Below, one piece after another: positions 12,442 to 23,009 of a stretch of DNA of 64,000 nucleotides. Position 1 is the stretch's first letter. Each line of letters opens with the position of its first letter. The DNA comes from Macrostomum lignano (Eukaryota). The stretch spans positions 263 through 64,262 of the forward strand of contig NIVC01002411.1 in assembly GCA_002269645.1 (NCBI GenBank), written 5' to 3'. Made by a program: the position numbers and the translations under genes. The notes beneath the pieces were generated by a model. The model was not told where the DNA came from, did not search any database, and saw nothing but the letters and a program-made list of their open reading frames with translations.

Positions 12442-13716
12442 ATCCTGTGTCTATAGATCTAAATGGCAGTATCTAGTGTCTATAGATCTAAATGAGAGTA
12501 TCCTGTGTCTATAGATCTAAATGGCAGTATCCAGTGTCTATAGATCTAAATGGCAGTATCTAGTGTCTATAGATCTAAATGAGAGTATCCTGTGTCTATA
12601 GATCTAAATGGCAGTATCCAGTGTCTATAGATCTAAATGGCAGTATTTAGTGTCTATAGATCTAAATGGCAGTATCCAGTGTCTATAGATCTAAATGATA
12701 GTATCCAGTGTCTATAGATCTAAATGGTAGTATCCAGTGTCTATAGATCTAAATGGCAGTATCCAGTGTCTATAGATCTAAATGGCAGTATCCAGTGTCT
12801 ATAGATCAAAATGATAGTATCCAGTGTCTATAGATCTAAATGGCAGTATTTAGTGTCTATAGATCTAAATGGCAGTATCCAGTGTCTATAGATCTAAATG
12901 ATAGTATCCAGTGTCTATAGATCTAAATGGTAGTATCCAGTGTCTATAGATCTAAATGGCAGTATCCAGTGTCTATAGATCTAAATGGCAGTATCCAGTG
13001 TCTATAGATCAAAATGATAGTATCCAGTGTCTATAGATCTAAACGGCAGTATCCAGTGCCTATAGATCTAAACGGCAGTATCCAGTATCTATAGATCTAA
13101 ATGATAGTATCCAGTGTCTATAGATCTAAATGATAGTATCCAGTGTCTATAGATCTAAACGGCAGTATCCAGTGTCTATAGATCTAAACGGCAGTATCCA
13201 GTGTCTATAGATCTAAACGGCAGTATCCAGTGTCTAAAGATTTAAAGGCAGTATCCAGTGTCTATAGATCTAAACGGCAGTATCTAGGGTCTATAGATCT
13301 AAACGGCAGTATCCAGTGTCTATTGATCTAAACGGCAGTATCCAGTGTCTATAGATTTAAAAGGCAGTATCCAGTGTCTATAGATCTAAACGGCAGTATC
13401 CAGTGTCTATAAATCTAAACGGCAGTATCCAGTGTCTATAGATCTAAACGGCAGTATCCAGTGTCTTCTATAGATCTAAACGGCAGTATCCAGTGTCTAT
13501 AGATCTAAACGGCAGTATCCAGTGTCTATAGATCTAAACGGCAGTATCCAGTGTCTTCTATAGATCTAAACGGCAGTATCCAGTGTCTATAGATCCAAAA
13601 GGCAGTATCCAGTGTCTATAGATCTAAATGGCAGTATCCAGTGTCTATAGATCTAAACGGCAGTATCCAATGTCTATAGACATTATACAACCGCTAACAA
13701 CAGACCGGCAACTCAC

Positions 13717-14647
13717 GGGTTGAAGCTGACGTCAAGCTTTACCAGCTGCTGCAAGTTGGCCGCCACGCTGAACATCAGCCGGTCGGTGACCAGTCGGGAG
13801 CCTTTGATGAAGGACAAATCCACCGATTCCAGTTTCCGACAACCGGAAATCACCGCCTCCAGGTCGGTGCCGTCGGCCAGGTTGCACCGGCAGGCGAAAT
13901 GGCGCAATTCCAGCAGCTCCGAGCCGATGGCGCGGCAAGCCTGCGGCGTCAGCCGGGGACACCAGTTCAGCGACAGGCAGCGCAGTCGGGTCAGCCGCAT
14001 CAGCGAGGCGAACAGCTGGCCAGCCTGCTCATCGGCGAGTTCTTCCCAGCCGTCAAGATGCAACGAGTGCAGCTGGTTGAGCTGGCCAAGGAATACCAGA
14101 TTGACTGGCTCAGTGAGCAGCAGCTCGCTGAGATCGAGGCCGCGCAGTTCGACAAGTCGGCAGAGCGGCTCGGCGATGCCAGCCAGCTGCAGGCGGCAGC
14201 AGCGCAAGTCCAGCCACACCAGGCCGGGGCAGAGGCTGCACACGGCGGCCAAGTCCGCCTCCGTGAGGCCATCAGAGCTGGCCAGACTCAGCGAGCGAAG
14301 GCAGCGGCCGCGCAGGGCGCAGAGCTGCAGCAGAGACTCCCGAGCTGAAGACCAGGCGGTGCAGAAGGCCAAGTCCAGCTCCGCCAGGCCCTGCTCTGCA
14401 TCCGGTTCTTCATCATCTGAGCCAGAGTCTTCTTCATCACTGTACTCATCTTCAGCTTCGTCGGCGCAGTCAATCAGCTGATCTTCATCATCTTTGGCGT
14501 CTTCGAAATTGTCTGCTTCAGAGTCGTCTGCAACGTCCGAGTCGGCGAGGCTGCTGGCGCTCTCGCTGGCGCAGCTGTGATAGCTGGAGCCTCCGGACTG
14601 CGGCTTCGGCTGCGCGCTGTCCGCTGCGGGTGGCGGATTTGGTGTTG
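13717..14647 (-). CDS. LRR protein exon 2: acidic linker plus second LRR block
   Basis: CCGCAG acceptor at 14649-14648. The phase-1 join is in frame with ORF 13713..14372 (LRSLSLASSDGLTE, LVWLDLRCC, LRCLSLNWCPRLT). CC|GTGAGT donor at 13716. Confidence 0.85.
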
Positions 14648-14654
14648 CTGCGGT

Positions 14655-15592
14655 AGCTAAGGGGGAAGCTAATAGGGTAGCTAATAGGGTAGTTAACGGA
14701 TAGCTAATGGGGTAGCTAATAGGGTAGTTAACGGGTAGCTAATGGGGCAGCTAATAGGGTAGTTAACGGGTAGCTAATGGGGTAGCTAATAGGGTAGCTA
14801 ATAGGGTAGTTAACGGGTAGCTAATGGGGAAGCTAATAGGGTAGCTAATAGGGTAGTTAACGGGTAGCTAATATGGTAGCTAATAGGGTAGTTAACGGGT
14901 AGCTAATGGGGCAGCTAATAGGGTAGTTAACGGGTAGCTAATGGGGTAGCTAATAGGGTAGTTAACGGGTAGCTAATGGGGCAGCTAATAGGGTAGTTAA
15001 CGGGTAGCTAATGGGGTAGCTAATAGGGTAGTTAACGGGTAGCTAATGGGGCAGCTAATAGGGTAGTTAACGGGTAGCTAATGGGGTAGCTAATAGGGTA
15101 GTTAACGGGTAGCTAATGGGGTAGCTAATAGGGTAGTTAACGGGTAGCTAAAGGGGTAGCTAATAGGGTAGTTAACGGGTAGCTAATGGGGTAGCTAATA
15201 GGGTAGTTAACGGGTAGCTACTGGCAACTAAGGGGCAGCTAATGGCAACTAAGGGGTAGCTAATAGGTAGCTAAGGGGAAAGCTAATAAGTCTATTATAG
15301 GGTAGCTAATGGGTAGCTAATGGTAACTAAGAGGTAGCTAATGGGTAGCTAATGGTAACTAAGAGGTAGCTAATGGGTTAGCTAATGGTAACTAAGGGGT
15401 GGCTAATGGGTAGCTAATGGTAACTAAGAGGTAGCTAATGGGTAGCTAATGGTAACTAAGGGGTAGCTAATGGGTAGCTAAGGGGGAAGCTAATGGGTAG
15501 CTAAGGGGGGAGCTAATAGGTAGCTAATGGGTAGCTATTGGTAACTAAGGGGTAGATAATGGGTAGCTAAGAGATAGCTAAATGGTAGCTTA
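14655..15592. repeat. 11/12-bp minisatellite (GGGTAGCTAAT / GGGTAGTTAAC) with 35-bp higher-order unit, filling intron 1 of the LRR gene
   Basis: Direct tandem repetition; three subunits form a 35-nt super-repeat. Confidence 0.95.
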
Positions 15593-15651
15593 TTAGTCTG
15601 TGCCACAAGACACTCTGTTGTCCCTCATCAAGCCATCCGGGAGGCACTCAC

Positions 15652-16462
15652 CCTGTCTGTCCATCGCAATCGGCTCAGTCGCCCGCTCGTCTTCGCCGAC
15701 AGAAGTCGCCTCGGAAATCTCCGCCAAGCAGTCAAACAGCGGCCGGAGCTCCGCCAGATGCGTGGCCGTCAGCGAGCGCAGGTGCCGCCCAGCGAAGCGG
15801 CACAGATCCCGCAGGCCGGCCGCCGTCACCCGGGTGCCGCTGAGATTCACCCGACGAAGCCGGCCGCCGCCAGCTGGCAGGCTGGCGAATGCGGAGTCGC
15901 AGACCAGCGGACAGGCGGCGGCGGACAGGCGGCGGAGGCGGCGCCGGCCGGACAGCAGCACGCAGCGCAGGGCGGCGCCGGTAAGGCTGTCGCACTGGTC
16001 CAGCTCAAGGCAGCGCAGGCGGGGCGCCAGTCGGGGCAGGTCGGTCAGCAGGCGCTTGTCAAGCACCAGCTGGGAGCACTGAGCCAGGCGGAGTCGGCGA
16101 AGACCCGGACAGGCGGGCAGAGCGGCGCGCAGGTCGGCCGGGGCCAGCAGGCAGCAGGCGGTGAGGTCCAGCTCGGTCAGGCCGGGCCCGGCCGCCAAGT
16201 CGCGCAGGTGTCGGCCGCGCACGGCGCGGGGCTGCGCGGCGCTCAGATGGGCCAGCAGCTGTCCGGCCAGGCGCCAGTCCTCATTGTGCAGGCCGGGCGC
16301 CGAGGCGGCGCCGCGATGATCCCGAGCCTGGTCGGCGAGTTCGGCGAAGCACAGCGAGTACAGGCTGGGCGGCGGGGCTCGCGCCGTGGCGGCGGCGGCG
16401 GCAGCGGCGGCCGCATCAGCGAAGGAGTCGTCGTCTTCGTCTGAGTCACTGATGTCGGCCAT
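15652..16462 (-). CDS. LRR protein exon 1 (start MADISDSDEDDD; alternative ATG at 16516)
   Basis: LTELDLTACC, LRRLRLAQCSQL, LRCLELDQCDSLT, LRRVNLSGTRVT repeats; G|GTGAGT donor at 15651. Exons total 2301 nt = 767 codons. Confidence 0.82.
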
Positions 16463-16508
16463 GCGCGGCCAGCCGGACGCTGAAATGCGGGTTGCGATGG
16501 CGTGAAGC

Positions 16509-16522
16509 GTCTCCATGGCAAC
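16509..16522. promoter_or_regulatory. RFX X-box GTCTCCATGGCAAC
   Basis: Perfect match to the consensus GTHNYY-AT-RRNAAC, ~47 nt upstream of the MADISD start codon. Confidence 0.6.
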
Positions 16523-16549
16523 CGGGAAATTCAGCTGGAGACCCCATGG

Positions 16550-16855
16550 CCATGGCAACCAGGAGATACTCGGGTCGGTAATCGGGCACAGCATAACCAT
16601 GGCAACCAGGAGATACTCGGGTCGGTAATCGGGCACAGCATAACCATGGCAACCAGGAGATACTCGGGTCGGTAATCGGGCACAGCGTAACCATGGCAAC
16701 CAGGAGATACTCGGGTCGGTAATCGGGCACAGCATAACCATGGCAACCAGGAGATACTCGGGTCGGTAATCGGGCACAGCATAACCATGGCAACCAGGAG
16801 ATACTCGGGTCGGTAATCGGGCACAGCATAACCATGGCAACCAGGAGATACTCGG
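16550..16855. repeat. 47-bp minisatellite, each unit containing CCATGGCAAC
   Basis: CCATGGCAACC at 16550, 16597, 16644, 16691, 16738, 16785 and 16832 (47-nt period). Confidence 0.97.
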
Positions 16856-17779
16856 GGCAGTGACTGAGTGATCATGTGGGTGTTGAAATATCGTTGATTT
16901 TCACAAATAAAAAATAACATAACAAAGAAATATGAGATGATAATCAAAATGAATACTTTTATATTTGAATCAAAGCCAGATAAACAGAATTTACTCAAGC
17001 AATAAAAGAGAAAAATAGGAAAATTTAATGAATTCAAGCAAAATTTATACGCAATATTTAATGAGAGGCTAATGAGAGGCCTGGGAGGGCGATGCAATTT
17101 TCGAAACAAATCAACATCAGACCAGGCAGTCTAAAAACAGGTATCGCAAAATTTGCGGCAATCAATTATTAAAATTACATGGAAGAATTAAAACAAAATA
17201 AATGTGCGCAATATCCTTAGGAGAGAAAAAAAATTCCCTTACATAAAAAACTAGTTCGCATTCCTTCATTGAGGTAAGATTGAGAAGAAAGTATATATAA
17301 TATATAAAAGTTCTCAATAAAAACTTTTTCGTTCGATTCGCATGGAGAATCTACAATCGTCATAATTTTTCTTAAAACACAGAAAAAATTTAAGGTCACG
17401 AGAAAATTGAAACAAAAAATACAAATAATTAAAACAAAATACCCTACTTTTTCACGCGCAGTATTAATTTTTTTTAATCATCAAGCCGGAAGCGCAAATA
17501 TAAATTAGGAGAAAAATTCGAAAAAAGGTCGATTCATTTTCTCACTCATACCGAATTGTAATACATAATTGATAAAATTCTGAGCAATCAACTCGCCTTT
17601 GATTTCATCAATAATATCTGATATATTAGCAAAACAAAACAATAGTAACAGAATGCACATATTTACACAAATTCCAAAAGAACAGATTTTATTAACTTTA
17701 CAAGATTTCTGTTGCCATTGAACAGTACAAGAATCTCGTTTGTTTTACCTAACACGTGACTGCTACACATTTAGCTGAC

Positions 17780-18260
17780 GCTTGCTCTGTCTGTCGATCT
17801 ATCTAGACTACAGGTTGCTGTCTATAGATCTGTCTAGAATATTAGCTGCTTTGTCTATAGATCTATCTAGACAATAGGCTGCTCTGTCTGTAGATCTATC
17901 TAGACTATAGGTTGCTCTGTCTATAGATCTATCTAGACAATAGGCTGCTCTGTCTATAGATCTATCTAGACAATAGGCTTCTCTGTCTGTAGATCTAGCT
18001 AGACAATAGGCTTTTCTGTCTATAGATCTGTCTAGAATATTAGCTGCTCTGTCTGTAGATCTATCTAGACAATAGGCTGCTCTGTCTGTAGATCTGTCTA
18101 GAATATTAGCTGCTCTGTCTGTAGATCTATCTAGACAATAGGCTGCTCTGCCTATAGATCTATCTAGACTATAGGTTGCTCTGTCTGTAGATCTATCTAG
18201 ACTGGAATTTAATTTATCTATAGATCTATCTATAGTACAGGTTTTATAGATCTGTCTATT
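17780..18260. repeat. 33-bp minisatellite (TCTATAGATCTATCTAGACAATAGGCTGCTCTG)n
   Basis: Direct tandem repetition; source of spurious ORF 17808..18278. Confidence 0.93.
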
Positions 18261-20202
18261 TTTAAGGCTTATGTTCATTTTAATAGAAGCAATTTGGCTG
18301 AATAAGGGAAATATTGGGATAGACCATTTGTTAGTTCAATATAAAATTCGCAAGGCTTGATAAACTCTCATTTTTTATTTGCGTTTGTTAAGGGGTTGAA
18401 TTTTCAGTATCTATAGATCGATATTAGAGCACGCACTGTCTATAGATCTATATTAGATTTTCCATGGTCTATAGATTGAGATTATAGATCGCATTGTCTA
18501 TAGATCCAAATTCGATTTTCTACTGCCTATAGATAGAGATTGGAGCTTGCTACAATCTACATACCTAAGCTTCCATCTTCCATCTACCTATGCTAAAAGT
18601 TTCGGTTTTCAGCCATCAGAACGGGCAGCATTGAACTCGAATCTTTTTTAATTTTATTTCCTTGTCCCAATAAAACAGTAAAGAAGAAGACAACGCGCCT
18701 CTTAAAAAAGGAATTTTTCACCCATAATAAGAAAAAGGATATTTTTACAGCCAAAGAGGTAGCAGCTTAAACCGACAGAGACAGCTCAAGAAAAGAATGA
18801 TGAGTATTAGCTAAGCAAGAGCAAATAGTTGAGTGCGGCGAAGAGGTAGGCAATTAAAAAAACAGCGAATTTTCTTACTTTTTTACTGTAAGTAGTGCGA
18901 TTCGCAAAACAAATCAAGTTTAATGAATAAAAAACTAGTTGAGTCTGGAGAGCAAGAAAGCGGAGTTAAAGGAACTGGTTATTACAAAAAATTGTTGTTG
19001 CACTGGAAATGAACAAAAACAATACCTCACAACAGAAGACGCTAATAAAGAAATTGAAAACACAAAAGGGGCGGATTAACTTAAATCCCCCCTAGGGATT
19101 ATTTAGATCTGCAATAAACACAGACTGACTGCTTAATCCACCTGACGGTTTCTGATTGAAAAAAACTTATTTTATTATTCAATTGAAACAAAAACAAAGG
19201 TTATAGGAAAAACACTTAAAAAACAGCTCGGATTTCACTGACGGACTTTTTAAACAAACAGACGGAAAAACAACACGAGAAAAAAAGAGAAATAATCGAC
19301 AACATCCCTGAGTCGCGGGCTCAGTCAGATGTATACTTTGTCTAACATTTAAGCTGCTTTAGACTAAAAGACCAACTATATGTCATTGGTAACAGAGAGT
19401 AGAATTGCCAGACACAATGCAAACAGAAAAGTACATTTTGATCAACAACAGCAAGTATTATAATAATAATATATATATAAGTTAAGCTACGTAAAACGCG
19501 GGAAAAAAAACAAACAAAAAACACACAGACAGACTACTGAGAAATTTGCACAAAATATTAATGAGAAAAATATATATGCTTAGTGAGTAAAATCAATGAG
19601 TATTACAGGCGAAATTAGTAAGCACACTAATAGTATCAAGGTAGGCGGTTATAAAACGCCAAGATTCGCATTCTGAATTAATTAACTACTGCTAAGTAGT
19701 CAGTAGGAACTATTTCTCAGAGAAACAAGTGGCACACGTTCAGCTGCTGTACTAAAACCACAATAGCATTAACAACACACAATTCAATCCACAGAGCAAT
19801 GGCGGTGTGTCAGTCAGTTTAGAGGTTGGCAGTGTTCGGTTTTGATTAAGGACAGGATTAAACTACCGCAGTTCATAAGATTGTAAAAGGACGGTGAGCC
19901 TCGTTTCTTAGGAAAATGTTTTGAAGGCCGATGACGTAAACCGACAAATACACTATTTTCTATTAAGTCCTGGTTTCCAAAATAAAGTATATACAGAACG
20001 CGACATTCACGTTTCATGGAAAAAGTTTTGAAGGCCACTTTTCGCCGAAAAACACACTACGGAGATAGGAACTTTTCATTTTGTTCATATACTTCATATT
20101 TACTTTCAAAAAAAACAATTCTAAGAAACGAAGCTACCCCCTTCCAATTATCTACACTTTAGTAGTCCTTGGTTGGAGCCTGCTGGCGTAGTGATCCTTG
20201 GA

Positions 20203-20579
20203 TCAGAGGTGGTGATAGCTGGGCTGGGACGCTGCTGGCAGCGGCGGCTGCTGCACCTGCTGCTGGTGGCTCTGCTGGCTAATGGCGCCATTGTTCTTCT
20301 GTATGTCGAACATCTCCGAGTACAGCGGAGGCAGGTGGCTTCTGTGCCAGTTCTCTCTGTACCAGTGCATGCAGTGGTGCACAGACAGGCTCAGACTGCT
20401 GGCCTGCCGCATGGCGCAGTGCAGCTGGCCGAGTCCCAACGGCTGACGCGACTTCCGTCTGGCCACGTCCGACTCAGTCAGCTGATGATCGCCTGGGGAT
20501 TCGAGCTCCTGGCCCAGGCTGCTCAACAGGCGGCCGTGCACCGCTGACACGTCTTCGGCTCCGGCCAGGCCCGGCCGGT
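20203..20579 (-). CDS. E78: Nuclear receptor E78 exon 3: end of ligand-binding domain and AF-2
   Basis: CCCGCAG acceptor at 20581-20580. Phase-1 join P|DRPGL, typical of NR LBDs; LPPLYSEMF AF-2 helix; TGA at 20203. Confidence 0.88.
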
Positions 20580-20594
20580 CTGCGGGAGATGGGA

Positions 20595-20815
20595 ATGGCT
20601 ATTGGGATTAGGAATGGGATGGCGAATGGGATGGCGAATGGGATAGCGAATGGGATGGCGAATGGGTGGCGAATGGGATTAGGAATGGGATTAGGAATGG
20701 GATTAGGAATGGGATTAGGAATGGGATTAGGAATGGGATTAGGAATGGGATTAGGAATGGGATTAGGAATGGGATTAGGAATGGGATTAGGAATGGGATT
20801 AGGAATGGGATGGCG
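20595..20815. repeat. 12-bp minisatellite (GGGATTAGGAAT)n
   Basis: Direct tandem repetition starting ~15 nt from the acceptor. Confidence 0.95.
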
Positions 20816-20939
20816 AATAATTATAAGAATATGACGCCTGATCCCATTGCGTCAGGTCTGGGGATCGTGACCCCAGTGCAAAATCGTATCAGGTGCAGCA
20901 CAAAGAATCAATCAGATCCTAAATCAAGTTTTTAAATCT

Positions 20940-22500
20940 CAGATCCCAGATCCTAGATCCCAGATCCTAGATCCCAGATCCTAGATCCCAGATCCTAGAT
21001 CCCAGATCCTAGATCCCAGATCCTAGATCCCAGATCCTAGATCCCAGATCCTAGATCCCAGATCCTAGATCCCAGATCCTAGATCCCAGATCCTAGATCC
21101 CAGATCCTAGATCCCAGATCCTAGATCCCAGATCCTAGATCCCAGATCCTAGATCCCAGATCCTAGATCCCAGATCCTAGATCCCAGATCCTATATCCCA
21201 GATCCTAGATCCCAGATCCTAGATCCCAGATCCTAGATCCCAGATCCTATATCCCAGATCCTAGATCCCAGATCCTAGATCCCAGATCCTAGATCCCAGA
21301 TCCTAGATCCCAGATCCTAGATCCCAGATCCTATATCCCAGATCCTATATCCCAGATCCTAGATCCCAGATCCTAGATCCCAGATCCTAGATCCCAGATC
21401 CTAGATCCCAGATCCTAGATCCCAGATCCTAGATCCCAGATCCTAGATCCCAGATCCTAGATCCCAGATCCTAGATCCCAGATCCTAGATCCCAGATCCT
21501 AGATCCCAGATCCTATATCCCAGATCCTATATCCCAGATCCTAGATCCCAGATCCTAGATCCCAGATCCTAGATCCCAGATCCTAGATCCCAGATCCTAG
21601 ATCCCAGATCCTAGATCCCAGATCCTAGATCCCAGATCCTAGATCCCAGATCCTAGATCCCAGATCCTAGATCCCAGATCCTAGATCCCAGATCCTAGAT
21701 CCCAGATCCTAGATCCCAGATCCTAGATCCCAGATCCTAGATCCCAGATCCTAGATCCCAGATCCTAGATCCCAGATCCTAGATCCCAGATCCTAGATCC
21801 CAGATCCTAGATCCCAGATCCTAGATCCCAGATCCTAGATCCCAGATCCTAGATCCCAGATCCTAGATCCCAGATCCTAGATCCCAGATCCTAGATCCCA
21901 GATCCCAGATCCTAGATCCCAGATCCTAGATCCCAGATCCTAGATCCCAGATCCTAGATCCCAGATCCTAGATCCCAGATCCTAGATCCCAGATCCTAGA
22001 TCCCAGATCCTAGATCCCAGATCCTAGATCCCAGATCCTAGATCCCAGATCCTAGATCCCAGATCCTAGATCCCAGATCCTAGATCCCAGATCCTATATC
22101 CCAGATCCTAGATCCCAGATCCTAGATCCCAGATCCTAGATCCCAGATCCTAGATCCCAGATCCTAGATCCCAGATCCTAGATCCCAGATCCTAGATCCC
22201 AGATCCTAGATCCCAGATCCTAGATCCCAGATCCTAGATCCCAGATCCTAGATCCCAGATCCTAGATCCCAGATCCTAGATCCCAGATCCTAGATCCCAG
22301 ATCCTAGATCCCAGATCCTAGATCCCAGATCCTAGATCCCAGATCCCAGATCCTAGATCCTAGATCCCAGATCCTAGATCCCAGATCCTAGATCCTAGAT
22401 CCTAGATCCTAGATCCCAGATCCTAGATCCCAGATCCCAGATCCTAGATCCCAGATCCTAGATCCCAGATCCTAGATCCTAGATCTCAGATCCTAGATCC
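20940..22500. repeat. 14-bp minisatellite (GATCCCAGATCCTA)n, ~110 copies
   Basis: Highly homogeneous array filling most of E78 intron 2. Confidence 0.98.
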
Positions 22501-22551
22501 CAGTGCAGCAGCGGAGAATCCCAAAGCCGGTAGTCAATGCCAGCGACAGAC

Positions 22552-22951
22552 CTGGCCTAGTCAGCACCACGGCGCACAGCAGCGCGACTTCCCGTTCGGT
22601 GAGCTGCAGGCTGTCAAGCGCCCGCAGGTAGTCGCGCATTGAGGTGAGCAGCGTTGGCGACCAGACAAAGTCCAGCTCCTGCTGGCTGACCAGCAGGCCG
22701 CCCGGCAGCAGGAGGCGGCCAGCCTGGCAGGCGGCAAAACAGCGGGACAGCTGCATCAGCCAGATCTCCATGAACGAAGACTTAATCAGAGTCAGCTGGT
22801 CGTCCTGGCTGAACTTAGCGAAGCCGGGCACTCGTTTGGCGAATTCTACAGTCTGCTCGATGCACGGCACAAGCAGGTGCGAGAGGGCCTGGTGCATGCC
22901 GAGCCTGTGCTCTTCGAGACCGTCCGGGCGGAGATCTCGGCCTTCAGCTGC
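22552..22951 (-). CDS. E78: Nuclear receptor E78 exon 2: ligand-binding domain core
   Basis: VEFAKRVPGFAKFSQDDQLTLIK NR signature and LTEREVALLCAVVL. ACACAG acceptor at 22953-22952; CCAG|GTCTGT donor at 22551. Confidence 0.92.
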
Positions 22952-23009
22952 CTGTGTTTTTTATGCCATTTTTCTTTAGCGTTTTCCGTTATTTATTATT
23001 TATTACTTA

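Larger units (their letters stand above)
8700..13680. repeat. 29-bp minisatellite (GTATCCAGTGTCTATAGATCTAAATGGCA)n filling intron 2 of the LRR gene, interrupted by two insertions
   Basis: Array segments at ~8700-9240, ~10520-10757 and 12442-13680. Confidence 0.93.

Noticed and set aside
15593-16840. 415-aa ORF start MPWLCCARLP
   Set aside because: The N-terminal ~100 aa is translated 47-bp repeat; the coding region more plausibly starts at 16462 or 16516.
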